A stretch of DNA of 64,000 nucleotides from a virus. Of the stretch, positions 38,501 through 47,023 are shown piece after piece. The number at the start of each line of letters is the position of its first letter. Position 1 is the stretch's first letter. Below the pieces are notes generated by a model. The model did not search any database, was not told the DNA's origin, and was given only the letters and a program-made list of their open reading frames with translations. The stretch spans positions 1-64,000 of the IMG/VR virus record IMGVR_UViG_3300042292_000345. One strand, 5' to 3'. Made by a program: the position numbers and the translations under genes.

Positions 38501-39972
38501 CTGCTAGAACCATAACATTGACTGTTCCGCGTGGTAATGTCGGAGCTACCCCAAATATTACAATAGGTTCTGTAACTGCTAGTGCTTCTGGTGGGTCTCC
38601 TAGTGTTGCTTTAGCAGCTACTAGTACTAATACAGCTCCTAAATTTGATTTTGTATTACCGAGAGGTGATAAGGGTGACGCTGGTACTATTGATAGTGTT
38701 ACAATCAAGACTGGTCTTCCAAATACTTTAGCAGGGCTAGTACTAGGAGGGACAGCGTCTGCTAGAACTATGGAATTTACTATTCCTGAAGGAAAGATAG
38801 GTAAGACTCCTGTAATTAGTGTAGGTACTACTATCTCTGCTGCTGAAGCTAAAGTAATTAAATCAGCTGATAGCACAGATGCAAATGTTATATTTAATTT
38901 TGAATTACCCAAAGGTGATAAGGGTGATACAGGCACTATTACAGTCAGAAATGTAACAACAGGTGCAGCAGGCTCTTCTGTTACTATAGCGAATGCAGGT
39001 ACAGCATCTAGCGCATTGTTAGATATCTCAATACCTAAAGGTGATATTGGTATTACTCCTCAAATTGGTATAGGCACAGTTAGTGCCAGTGCTTCTGGTG
39101 GCACTCCTAAGGTTGAAATGGCAGCCAGCAGTACACTTACAAATCCTAAATTTGATTTTATATTACCTAAAGGTGATAAGGGTGATATTGGTCCTTCGTT
39201 ATATATTATTGCTGATAGACAATTAGTATTCTATTCTATGGATGGTCTTACTGAAAATCTTGCAGGTGGCCCAATAACACTTACAGCTATTTCATCAGGT
39301 CTGACAGGTGATATTTCATGGTCTTATACAGGTCTGGTCAGCTCGCCTACAGCTAGTACTAGCGCAACCTATACTATTACTCAAGCAAATTTTGGCAGTT
39401 CTTCTTGCGCTCAAATAACATGTACTATTGGTTCTTATAAGGCTAGTGTAACTATTTATAGATACGAAGCTAGTAGTGCAGCTCCACATGCTACAGTAGG
39501 TGCTAATTGGCTTACTAATGTAACAAATAAGCCTACTAAACTTGGAGATATAAATAGCACTGAAGGTACCTTGCTGAATTTATTTAGTTACAGTAATGGT
39601 TTAGTTAGTTTAAATGCTAACTTTAGTTCTAATGCAAATATTACAGCTTATGATACATCTGATAGAACTCTAAAAGAAGAAATTAAATGGCTAAAAGATC
39701 CACTAGAAAGATTAATGGAAATACCAGCAGTTAGCTTCAAATGGAATGAAGAGTACTATGACAGATACTTATCAAGAACTCACCCTTTGAGTGATATTGG
39801 TGTAATAGCTCAAGATGTTCAAAGAGTTCTACCAGAAGCTGTAAAGATAAGAGAAGACGGTATATTGGCTGTTAACTACATGAAGTTAATACCTCTCTTA
39901 ATAGGCGCAATAGCTGAGCAGCAAAAACAAATAGAGGAATTAAAAGATGCCATACTCTCTACTGGACGTTAA
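35557..39972 (+). CDS. Tail fibre with collagen-like PKGDKGD modules and C-terminal S74 intramolecular chaperone
   Basis: AGGAGG RBS and repeated ...FxxPKGDKGD units. SDRTLKEEI...IGVIAQDVQRVLPEAV...VNYMKLIPLLI from 39658. Confidence 0.88.
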   Translation: MSFGDYKNPGVTAVNTDDTPFTDSSTSEVVPAGATAVWDGDNWDVIISPAIESNVAPANPIDNQIWVDSSLSPKQTKIWRDHIENGTWLVIGIPEASRIAPKGLFNLGDPYIVGDVVTFNDVTYYCTANTSVEPAALSAAWSVLVPASDSSPDIQVNFTNDNFVISANYAAGYTASDSYDTTITVTRNGVQVLPSATAVASTFVCTIETSDQNEITPGTLTKGETSYTLSAPTAISLTETSYLVVKTVVRDKTGTGVAKTVYTRVNYTLVRTVEVSAAGGTPTFSIGTVEAATTVPEVTMSGTALNPVLNFKLIKGEASTVPGPPPLVTVGTVTSGLTPNVVASETEPGKVKFDFILAKGADSTVPGPAYPIHVIVADSPTVRGNSKGILNVSSVVFDLTELTGYYAGAEKGTADVTWTISLQTATELILVDTTANKTWKASVAISNIVKSIIVKAAFKVGTKDTVCNYVVPVIMDGRDGNDGIPVTYDIIGGPASLEFDDVTNKNILKKLILDVTKTYNGITTSTGLTGYFTAFALSSSGAYDATVAGSPFTGTTATIDVSEIYNSILVSYWLTTSGESVKVASRTFARVPTGRKGDKGEKGDNATFEVDSTITLAAGSIATVENTGTSAVAKLKFSIPKGDKGMQGDAATVTVNSVTDGDIAAVTNSGTAYAAELDFVLPRGENGTRTGVMTLFKWSLDKPSSKPSGSSTYTWADGTFSAPATLNNWSETIGPSAGGFTLWACRLQVINKTDSATTGVDWGNSTILAAGSSGPNSYVWVRYADDASGLNMTATPGNKMFIGLAFNKTTATSTNAVADYSWTQIRGIDGISTTLYTIIPVEGAITITAAGVITPNVITFNAYKRMGNGALVPEDDYSNWTLSIDAGGETDNNLTVTTSGGVGAVAGAVCKANLVGATITSRVKARIYKEPAKTTLLAEYTMPVVFQGPKGDTGSSAAIESITAVTGDPGSAASVSYGGTATARTITLTVPRGNVGATPNITIGSVTASASGGSPSVALAATSTNTAPKFDFVLPRGDKGDAGTIDSVTIKTGLPNTLAGLVLGGTASARTMEFTIPEGKIGKTPVISVGTTISAAEAKVIKSADSTDANVIFNFELPKGDKGDTGTITVRNVTTGAAGSSVTIANAGTASSALLDISIPKGDIGITPQIGIGTVSASASGGTPKVEMAASSTLTNPKFDFILPKGDKGDIGPSLYIIADRQLVFYSMDGLTENLAGGPITLTAISSGLTGDISWSYTGLVSSPTASTSATYTITQANFGSSSCAQITCTIGSYKASVTIYRYEASSAAPHATVGANWLTNVTNKPTKLGDINSTEGTLLNLFSYSNGLVSLNANFSSNANITAYDTSDRTLKEEIKWLKDPLERLMEIPAVSFKWNEEYYDRYLSRTHPLSDIGVIAQDVQRVLPEAVKIREDGILAVNYMKLIPLLIGAIAEQQKQIEELKDAILSTGR

Positions 39973-42900
39973 TGCAGAAATGGGAGGTAGTGGAAATGAG
40001 AAAATGTCAATGGATGCTGAGAATGTTAGACAGCATCTTTTGGCAGAACCTCATCCTGCACCTGTAAGATTATATCCAAATTTATCTCCTGGAGGCATGA
40101 ATGCAGTTGTACTTACTGTAACAGTTCTTTCAGATTCTCAAGTTAGATTTAACTGGACTGGAGGTCATAAATATGGCACATACCAGATAAGGGGCAGATT
40201 TAAAAATGTCGATGATACGTGGACAAATATTACAACATCTGAAAATATTCTTAATGGTAGTGTCTATACATTCAATCATGCTGCACATATCGGGAATACA
40301 ATGTATGGCATATTTGAATTGTTTATTGTACTCAGGTTTGCTACTCTAACAGGCGGTATGGCAGACTTTTTACCTTCTAACATTGTTACTGTTCAATTAA
40401 GTGATTGGGAATTTCCCGATACTTTTAGAGATCCCATCTTATATGGCATTGACAATGTACATGACTCTGATTATCCTAACTGGAAGAGTCCTGGATTTCG
40501 ATACGATATGCAGTGGCTTGTACTGGCGCTATGGGATAAGGGCGTTAAGACTTCTGAAATTGAAGGTTCTATTTTTAGGACAGACTGGGCATTCTGCAAT
40601 ATATACGTCAAAAGAAACATAACTATATATTGTAGTAAAACAATAGGTGCATCATCTTACCTTACTCAAACTACTGCTGTTACAGGAGATTACTACCCTC
40701 CTTCTCCAGGTCTAACAATTGGTCTTAAAATTCCTGATGTAGACTTTACTTTTATATTTAGTGGCTCAATAATAGCAAGTGAAACTGTTGCAGTAAAAGG
40801 ACAATTTAAGCAGAATACAAACTATGTGACAAACAATACTGTTGATGTCGATGGTACTTTATATACTTGTATTAAAGATTGTGTAAATATACTTCCAGGA
40901 AATCATGCTTCATGGGGCAAGTACTGGATGTATACTGAAAGAAATCCTGCAATCCCTTTATTAATACATGGCATACATAATGCTAGTAGTACTACTATTA
41001 TAAATAATGGTACTATTAGAGGTGGAGGAGGTGGCGGCGGGTGTGGCGGTAATACAGTAGTATGGGATACTTATTACTATCCTAGCTGGATCAATAAACC
41101 CTATCTAATAGGCGATTTTGTAAAACATCAAGGTATGCTGTATTGTTGTATAAATCCCCCGATTGCTGCTTACTTCAATGCCAGCTTTTCATATTCAGTT
41201 CCTGCAGCAAATGCAAGTACTATCTATTGGAAACTATATTCCCAAAATTTATATCCATTTAATAGAGGCTCAGATGGTATGCAAGGTGGTATTGCAATCA
41301 AAAATGATACTCTTAGTTATGTAATTCTTGAAAACAATGGAATAATACATGGTGGCGGTAATGGTGGCGCAGGTGGAAGACCAAATACTATATCACAACT
41401 GCTACCTAGAGATTTTGCTGTTGGTGTTGTAGGTACTAATGGAAGAGATTCAGCAGGCGGTGATGGGGGCAACGGTGCAGGATATTCTCTTACTGAAGTA
41501 GATCCTATTAATGACTTTAAGTATAAAGGTGATATTGGAGGACTTGGTTCTGATAATAGCCTGATAGCTGGAGGAGATGCTGCTGGTCCTGATAATGATT
41601 ATGCATTTGGGGGTAAAGGAGGTTTAGCATTTACTGGGCAACCTGCATGGGGTGTTGGTAGGTTTAGCATAGTAGGTAATCGTAAGCCATATCCACCTAT
41701 CCTAATATTAGAAGCTTATCCAAAGCAAGTTTATATTGATATAGTTCCACTAGATCCACTAGGCGGAAATACAGCGCTGGGTTATGACATATATAATTCA
41801 AATATATTAGTAGGCTCTGCTACTAGCGCACTTAGGGTCACAGGTCTTCTTCCAGACACTGTCTATTATTTTTCTGCAATAGCATATAATGGTGCACTAA
41901 GGTCTGCAGAGACTCAAAAATATTCTATAAGAACTAAATTAAATGAGCCTATCGTTAGTATTATAGATGATGGATTTACTTATAACTCATTTGCTGTAAA
42001 AATAACTGTAGAAGCCCCAGCAGATAGGTATGAGATCTATATAAATGAAGTATTGACTACTACTTTAATATATAATGGTGCTGATACTCTGATATATAAG
42101 ACAGGGCCAGTAATGGAGATGTCAACAACTTATTATGTTAGGGCAAAAGCTCTCTATTCTTCTGTAAATGAATCTTTCTTAAGTGGTAACTATGCAGTGA
42201 CAACTACGTATGCGGCAGTTCCACAAAAACCTTATGATCTAGTAGTTACTCAGACAGATAGGTCTAGTGCTGTATTAGAATGGAGTAGTTATGCTACTAG
42301 TTACGAAATAACCATTAGTGGAAGAGCAATAATTACTACTACTGTAACTAATCTTCCTCTTCGTGATTTGGTCTTTAATGCAAAGTATGATATAACTATT
42401 GTTGCAATTAATTCTGAAGGGCGATCTCCTATATTCTCAGCTAACCAAATAGTTCTAATTGATGTATATCTTCCAGAACTTTCAGTAACTTCAATAACAT
42501 CTACTACTTGTGTAATTAATGGAAATTTACCAGCAGAACGTGATCTAAAATGCTATCTAGCCTGGTATGATGCAGATGATTATCTCACAGAAGAAATACG
42601 AGTATACTACACGCCTGGAAGTGTCTATAATATACCAAAGACATCTCAAGGTCGCTACGAACTAAGGGTAAGAGGTTATAATCCTGTTACAGATCATGAG
42701 GTATGGACTGGTATCCTCTCTATAAAATTATTACCTTGGATAATAACGTCGTCAACATCAGCGCCTAGAAGTTTATCTGATGGTTACTATTTTGATGATC
42801 AATGGGCACGTATAGCTACTAATAATCTACTTGCAAGTAACTTAGAATCTAGATTAGGTAGGGATATACAATATACTACATCTTCTAATAACTATGGTAC

Positions 42901-43591
42901 TAGTTCTTTACCTAAGCCATATAAGGTAACAATTACTGGAAATACACTCCCTGTAAAATTTACTCTAATTACTAATGGTGTAATTAAGGGAACTACTGTA
43001 TCTGTTTGGTCATCTGTAGCGGATGTTGCAATGTATATTGAAAGCACTTGTACTGTTGTTGTCTACAACTATGGAACTATTTGCGGTAGAGGAGGTACTG
43101 GAGGACTAGGTGGTTCTTCTCTTCAAATAGGTGACTATAATGGAGAAGATGGTATAGCTGGTGGTGACGCTATAACAAATTTTAACGGTGATCCTACAAG
43201 TGATAACCCCTTAATAATCTATAATTATGGCATCCTAGCTTGCGGAGGAGGCGGGGGCGGAGGAGGTGGTGGAGGTGGGTCTGATTACTACGATAAGACT
43301 AAGAAAGTATATACTTACGCTGATGCTATCTATAAAAGAGCTACCTTCCATACGATTCCTAGTTCTTATATTGGCGGTTCTGGAACAGCTGGTAAAGCAC
43401 GTTCAGGTTCTGGCGGTCTTGGGGGCACAGGCACTGATGGTAAACCTGGTAGTGGTGGTTATGGTACTCTTGGATTTGCAGAGTCTGGAGACAATGCTAC
43501 AGAATCCACAGGCGGTGCAGAAGGAGTAAAAGGTGTTGCAATAGCTGGAAATGAAGCTATAATTTATAATTTTAATACTTATTATCCATAG
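39947..43591 (+). CDS. Glycine-rich adhesin (two gp38-like modules) with FN3-like and small beta/CBM-like domains
   Basis: NNGTIRGGGGGGG / GGIAIKN and YNYGTICGRGGTGG / GGDAITN / LACGGGGGGG motifs. GLLPDTVYYFSAIAYN-type FN3 signatures. GAGG RBS. Confidence 0.75.
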   Translation: MPYSLLDVNAEMGGSGNEKMSMDAENVRQHLLAEPHPAPVRLYPNLSPGGMNAVVLTVTVLSDSQVRFNWTGGHKYGTYQIRGRFKNVDDTWTNITTSENILNGSVYTFNHAAHIGNTMYGIFELFIVLRFATLTGGMADFLPSNIVTVQLSDWEFPDTFRDPILYGIDNVHDSDYPNWKSPGFRYDMQWLVLALWDKGVKTSEIEGSIFRTDWAFCNIYVKRNITIYCSKTIGASSYLTQTTAVTGDYYPPSPGLTIGLKIPDVDFTFIFSGSIIASETVAVKGQFKQNTNYVTNNTVDVDGTLYTCIKDCVNILPGNHASWGKYWMYTERNPAIPLLIHGIHNASSTTIINNGTIRGGGGGGGCGGNTVVWDTYYYPSWINKPYLIGDFVKHQGMLYCCINPPIAAYFNASFSYSVPAANASTIYWKLYSQNLYPFNRGSDGMQGGIAIKNDTLSYVILENNGIIHGGGNGGAGGRPNTISQLLPRDFAVGVVGTNGRDSAGGDGGNGAGYSLTEVDPINDFKYKGDIGGLGSDNSLIAGGDAAGPDNDYAFGGKGGLAFTGQPAWGVGRFSIVGNRKPYPPILILEAYPKQVYIDIVPLDPLGGNTALGYDIYNSNILVGSATSALRVTGLLPDTVYYFSAIAYNGALRSAETQKYSIRTKLNEPIVSIIDDGFTYNSFAVKITVEAPADRYEIYINEVLTTTLIYNGADTLIYKTGPVMEMSTTYYVRAKALYSSVNESFLSGNYAVTTTYAAVPQKPYDLVVTQTDRSSAVLEWSSYATSYEITISGRAIITTTVTNLPLRDLVFNAKYDITIVAINSEGRSPIFSANQIVLIDVYLPELSVTSITSTTCVINGNLPAERDLKCYLAWYDADDYLTEEIRVYYTPGSVYNIPKTSQGRYELRVRGYNPVTDHEVWTGILSIKLLPWIITSSTSAPRSLSDGYYFDDQWARIATNNLLASNLESRLGRDIQYTTSSNNYGTSSLPKPYKVTITGNTLPVKFTLITNGVIKGTTVSVWSSVADVAMYIESTCTVVVYNYGTICGRGGTGGLGGSSLQIGDYNGEDGIAGGDAITNFNGDPTSDNPLIIYNYGILACGGGGGGGGGGGGSDYYDKTKKVYTYADAIYKRATFHTIPSSYIGGSGTAGKARSGSGGLGGTGTDGKPGSGGYGTLGFAESGDNATESTGGAEGVKGVAIAGNEAIIYNFNTYYP

Positions 43592-43599
43592 GAGATAGT

Positions 43600-43770
43600 A
43601 TGCTACAGAGATTCAAAGAACCTTCAACATGGTTAGGGATTATAACAGGAACAATTGCAGTACTCTTGCAATTTCACCTTATAGAACTTACACCAGAACA
43701 AAGAGATGCCATTCAAGAACTTTTAATTATAGTTCTAGGTAATGGATTAGTGATGACTAAAGACAGTTAA
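43600..43770 (+). CDS. Putative holin (56 aa, not in ORF track)
   Basis: AGGAG RBS. MLQRFKEPSTWLGIITGTIAVLLQFHLIELTPEQRDAIQELLIIVLGNGLVMTKDS has two hydrophobic segments and the RxKEPSTWxG N-terminus seen in small phage membrane proteins. Confidence 0.6.
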   Translation: MLQRFKEPSTWLGIITGTIAVLLQFHLIELTPEQRDAIQELLIIVLGNGLVMTKDS

Positions 43771-43775
43771 AGGAA

Positions 43776-43805
43776 GCCCTGATAGAAAATATCAGGGCAT
43801 TTTTT
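43776..43805 (+). terminator. Intrinsic terminator ending the virion operon
   Basis: GCCCTGATA-GAAAA-TATCAGGGC-ATTTTTT. Confidence 0.85.
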
Positions 43806-43807
43806 CG

Positions 43808-44308
43808 ATGATTATAAGAAAGCCTAAAGTAAATGAAATTCATATGTATTATGAAATAGCCTTGCAGTGTTCATTAGAGAGCCGTATAAAAGAATTTGAT
43901 ATTAATAAGGACTACGTAATGAATAATATTAATGCAATGATGAGAGGAGAATATTTTTATGTAGTAGAAAATGAAGGAGTACCAGTAGGGTGGATGGCAG
44001 CATCTAAAAGAAGTGCTTCACTTTATTGTGATAGATTAGTACTAGCAGTAGATAGTTATCAATGTAATTTAAAAGGTAGAAAAGCTGTTACAGCTATGCT
44101 AGATATTCATGAGCACTTATATGATTATGCAAATACTATCAATGTAGAAATGGTTCTGACAGGTTCTGTTCTGAATTCAAAAAAGACTTATAATAAAATA
44201 TTAAAGCACGAGGGCTGGGCTGATTATGAATTTATGTTATTGAAAATGACAGATAAATATCAAAATAATAAAATACGTAGAAGGGTTCTGACTATAGCCG
44301 AAAAATAA
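43808..44308 (+). CDS. GNAT-fold acetyltransferase-like protein
   Basis: MIIRK start, YFYVVENEGVPVGWMAA beta-hairpin and KILKHEGW end; 166 aa. Confidence 0.55.
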   Translation: MIIRKPKVNEIHMYYEIALQCSLESRIKEFDINKDYVMNNINAMMRGEYFYVVENEGVPVGWMAASKRSASLYCDRLVLAVDSYQCNLKGRKAVTAMLDIHEHLYDYANTINVEMVLTGSVLNSKKTYNKILKHEGWADYEFMLLKMTDKYQNNKIRRRVLTIAEK

Positions 44309-44311
44309 AGA

Positions 44312-44480
44312 AAGCGAGGTCAATGCAAAAACGTCGCCTGTGGCACGCGAGTTCGGGGCATGGCAACCGTATCGCCCGCGAAAATTCGGGGAGCGTACCC
44401 CCGCTAGCCGTCGCAGAAACGGGTGGCGTGTGGCAACTACTGCAAAACCGCAGGAAGGTTAACCCGTCAGGTCTCCCAGT
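44312..44480. other. GC-rich non-coding island at the late/early module junction
   Basis: Abrupt CG-rich composition in an AT-rich genome; no convincing ORF. Confidence 0.7.
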
Positions 44481-44492
44481 ATAAGGAAAATT

Positions 44493-44750
44493 ATGTTAAT
44501 CAATGAATTAAAACTAGCTAATAAATCTGAAAGATGTTCTTTAGTAATATCTTTATTAGATAAGAACAATACCCCTTGGAGATCCTCTAACAGAGGAATC
44601 CATATCACAGTAGAACGTGAACATTATAAATTAGATATATGGCCTACTACTCTCAAATTTAGGATAACAGAATATCCGTTAGGTGAAGGAAATACTTTCA
44701 GTGGTGCTGAAGAATTCTTAGAAAATCTGGAAAAGTATTTGCGCAAATAA
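44493..44750 (+). CDS. Hypothetical protein
   Basis: AAGGA RBS; ORF track. Confidence 0.7.
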   Translation: MLINELKLANKSERCSLVISLLDKNNTPWRSSNRGIHITVEREHYKLDIWPTTLKFRITEYPLGEGNTFSGAEEFLENLEKYLRK

Positions 44751-44779
44751 TGGTATCTTATATGAATACCATAAGGTAT
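44742..44779 (+). promoter_or_regulatory. Putative phage RNAP promoter P1
   Basis: CGCAAA-taatg-GTATCTTATATGAA-TACCATAAGGTAT, upstream of an RBS. Confidence 0.78.
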
Positions 44780-44804
44780 ATCATAACCCATTAGGAGTAG
44801 TATC

Positions 44805-45245
44805 ATGTTAGTAGAATTAAATAATGCAGCAGGCAATTGTGCAACTTTAGCATTTGGATTAAATGTAGCACTAGAAACAAGATTGTATAAAAGCGGATGG
44901 AGACAATTCTCGTCTGATATAGACTTTAAGACGAAAGGAGAAGCATTGTATAACGCCCTTTTAAGTCCAAGAATTTATCTTGATTTAGAAGATGGCGAAA
45001 GTTGGGATAAATGCAGCTTATCTATTTCAAAATTAAAAATAAAGAGGGGAAGTTCAGATGTTAGAGCTGAAATTGTTGAGCTTAAGGATGGATCTTTTGA
45101 TATAGTAATTGTGTATTCAGTTTTTGATGATGATCTTGGTGATTATAACCTTGATCTTGAAATGAGAGGTGTACACTCTAATCATGAGGATTTATCAGCA
45201 GTTATTAATTGGGCGGCAAGCCTTGGCATTAAATTTGTAAAGTAG
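44805..45245 (+). CDS. Hypothetical protein (acidic)
   Basis: AGGAG RBS directly after P1. Confidence 0.75.
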   Translation: MLVELNNAAGNCATLAFGLNVALETRLYKSGWRQFSSDIDFKTKGEALYNALLSPRIYLDLEDGESWDKCSLSISKLKIKRGSSDVRAEIVELKDGSFDIVIVYSVFDDDLGDYNLDLEMRGVHSNHEDLSAVINWAASLGIKFVK

Positions 45246-45254
45246 GAGAATAGT

Positions 45255-45368
45255 ATGTTAGATTTAATAATAATCAGCGCAGGTTTTGCGGTATGTGTAA
45301 TATGGTTAAGATGTTTTAAAGAACCTACATATGTATTAGGTAAGAACCACATCAGTTTTAAAAAATAA
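45255..45368 (+). CDS. Small membrane protein (37 aa, not in ORF track)
   Basis: AGGAG RBS; MLDLIIISAGFAVCVIWLRCFKEPTYVLGKNHISFKK. Confidence 0.55.
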   Translation: MLDLIIISAGFAVCVIWLRCFKEPTYVLGKNHISFKK

Positions 45369-45384
45369 TTTATTGGAGTAAGTT

Positions 45385-45873
45385 ATGAGAGTTATTAAGA
45401 CACATTTTAAAGATATCATTTTCAATAGTAAAGACAAAGTAGTAGCCGTAAAGAAGTATGCCACACATGCCACTAAGTCCCATAAAAGTATAAAATTAGA
45501 ACCCCCCTATATTTATATGGTTGGAGATAACTATATTGGATATCATAAACTTAGTAATAGGTATGAGGTTGTGACTATTAGAAGAAACAAAGGAGCTGGT
45601 AAATGCCATTTAGCAAACTTTGCTAGTAGGAGTGGTGCTGAAGGTTTTTTAAAGTATCTTTTATTTTCACACTACACTTATAGCGAGTTATTAGAAATGG
45701 CAGGTCTTCCACAAGATCCACGTTATACAGATCGGCCATCCTTCTTTCAATTTGAAAATTCTAATTTTGAATATCCATATAATGATATGTATGCGATTTT
45801 AGATTCAGACATACCTTTGAAACAGCTAAAAATGTTGCAAAAGAGAATTTCAGACTTTTTAAGTGAAAAATAA
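45385..45873 (+). CDS. Hypothetical protein
   Basis: GGAG RBS; ORF track. Confidence 0.72.
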   Translation: MRVIKTHFKDIIFNSKDKVVAVKKYATHATKSHKSIKLEPPYIYMVGDNYIGYHKLSNRYEVVTIRRNKGAGKCHLANFASRSGAEGFLKYLLFSHYTYSELLEMAGLPQDPRYTDRPSFFQFENSNFEYPYNDMYAILDSDIPLKQLKMLQKRISDFLSEK

Positions 45874-45877
45874 AACA

Positions 45878-45915
45878 CGCAAAAACAAGTATCTTATATG
45901 AATACCATAAGGTAT
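45878..45915 (+). promoter_or_regulatory. Putative phage RNAP promoter P2
   Basis: CGCAAA-aacaa-GTATCTTATATGAA-TACCATAAGGTAT; 27 consecutive nt identical to P1. Confidence 0.8.
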
Positions 45916-45950
45916 CTCAATAACTATAATTAACTTTTTGGAGTATTATC

Positions 45951-46121
45951 ATGTTTACAGTTGAAATCAACAGAAAAGCACTTGAATCACAATTAGAGCT
46001 AGCGCAAGCAGCTCTAGATGGCTTAAGAGCAGATGACGTCTTTAAAATGCTGCCAGGTTATTCAGTAATGGTAGCACGTAAAGAACGTGAAATTGAAGAA
46101 TTAAAAATTCGTTTAGCTTAA
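45951..46121 (+). CDS. Small coiled-coil protein (56 aa, not in ORF track)
   Basis: GGAG RBS; MFTVEINRKALESQLELAQAALDGLRADDVFKMLPGYSVMVARKEREIEELKIRLA. Confidence 0.7.
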   Translation: MFTVEINRKALESQLELAQAALDGLRADDVFKMLPGYSVMVARKEREIEELKIRLA

Positions 46122-46138
46122 TTATTTGGAGAGCAGTC

Positions 46139-46426
46139 ATGAGAAGAATCGACCACGCACAAAGAAACATTGCAAGATTATTTAAAACAAGAACAGCAGT
46201 AAATGCTAAATCAGTTAAGAAAGAGTTAGTAAATCCTCTAGTAGCAGGGACTACTGGTGCAGTAGTAGGCGCAACAAGCTTTGCTAGAAATACTAGCTTA
46301 GCACTATCAGTTACCTCTGAGGTAGTTGGTGGTACGGCTGTTGGTATTCTATCAGTAGGTACGTTAGCAACAGCAGGAATCTTAGGGTATGTAGCTTATA
46401 AAGCTGCAAGAAAAATCCTAAGATAA
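46139..46426 (+). CDS. Membrane-associated protein (glycine-zipper-like C-terminus)
   Basis: GGAG RBS; basic N-terminus followed by G/A/V-rich hydrophobic segments. Confidence 0.7.
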   Translation: MRRIDHAQRNIARLFKTRTAVNAKSVKKELVNPLVAGTTGAVVGATSFARNTSLALSVTSEVVGGTAVGILSVGTLATAGILGYVAYKAARKILR

Positions 46427-46433
46427 ACACAAC

Positions 46434-46489
46434 CCAACCTATTAGAGGCCCTTAGGCTCCTAATAGGTTGGTATTTAATTTTTTTTTTT
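46434..46489 (+). terminator. Long hairpin with an 11-T tract
   Basis: CCAACCTATTAG...CTAATAGGTTGG, then TATTTAA and T11. Confidence 0.8.
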
Positions 46490-46511
46490 CTCCACAACTA
46501 AAGGAGGTAAC

Positions 46512-46880
46512 ATGTTAGCATTAGGTTTAAAATGTATGACATTAGCCTTGTATCTCGAAGGCCGAAATCAATCTGAAATGGTTCAGACAAAGCTGGCTGA
46601 AGTAGTAATGGAGAGAGCTGATTGGCAACCTGCTCTCGTTTGTAAAGTATTGAAAGAACCAGCGCAATTCACTGGTTATCCACACAGGGTAAAGCTTCCA
46701 ATACCTAAAAATAAACCCGACAGGGTTGCACTAGTGACTGTAAATAAAGTCGCAAGGAAGGTGATGTTTGGCAGCAGTCGCCCTAAGCATCGTTGTAAGT
46801 TCTTTAATCATAAAAGATTAGGAAAGCGTTTTAATACTAGCAATAATGCAGTCATTGCTGGTGATTTTATATTTTATTAG
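46512..46880 (+). CDS. SleB-like cell wall hydrolase (Hydrolase_2)
   Basis: CMTLALYLEGRNQS...LAEVVMER...VCKVLKEPAQF...GDFIFY pattern with the catalytic Glu present. Confidence 0.75.
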   Translation: MLALGLKCMTLALYLEGRNQSEMVQTKLAEVVMERADWQPALVCKVLKEPAQFTGYPHRVKLPIPKNKPDRVALVTVNKVARKVMFGSSRPKHRCKFFNHKRLGKRFNTSNNAVIAGDFIFY

Positions 46881-46888
46881 GAGGATAT

Positions 46889-47023
46889 ATGGAGTACGCA
46901 GTATTAGGTCTATTAGTAGTAAATACGCTGTTACTATTAGCAGTATTTGGGGGAATCAGAATGGTAATAAGTTTACAAGACTCTATAAGCCAAGTTCTTA
47001 TCAAAGGCAATAGTATTCATTAA
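46889..47023 (+). CDS. Small membrane protein (44 aa, not in ORF track)
   Basis: AGGAGG RBS; MEYAVLGLLVVNTLLLLAVFGGIRMVISLQDSISQVLIKGNSIH. Confidence 0.6.
   Translation: MEYAVLGLLVVNTLLLLAVFGGIRMVISLQDSISQVLIKGNSIH

Noticed and set aside
44340-44357. TGGCACG as a sigma54 -24 element (also on the minus strand at 63205-63212)
   Set aside because: The required GC at -12 (GG-N10-GC) is absent or mis-spaced in both cases.
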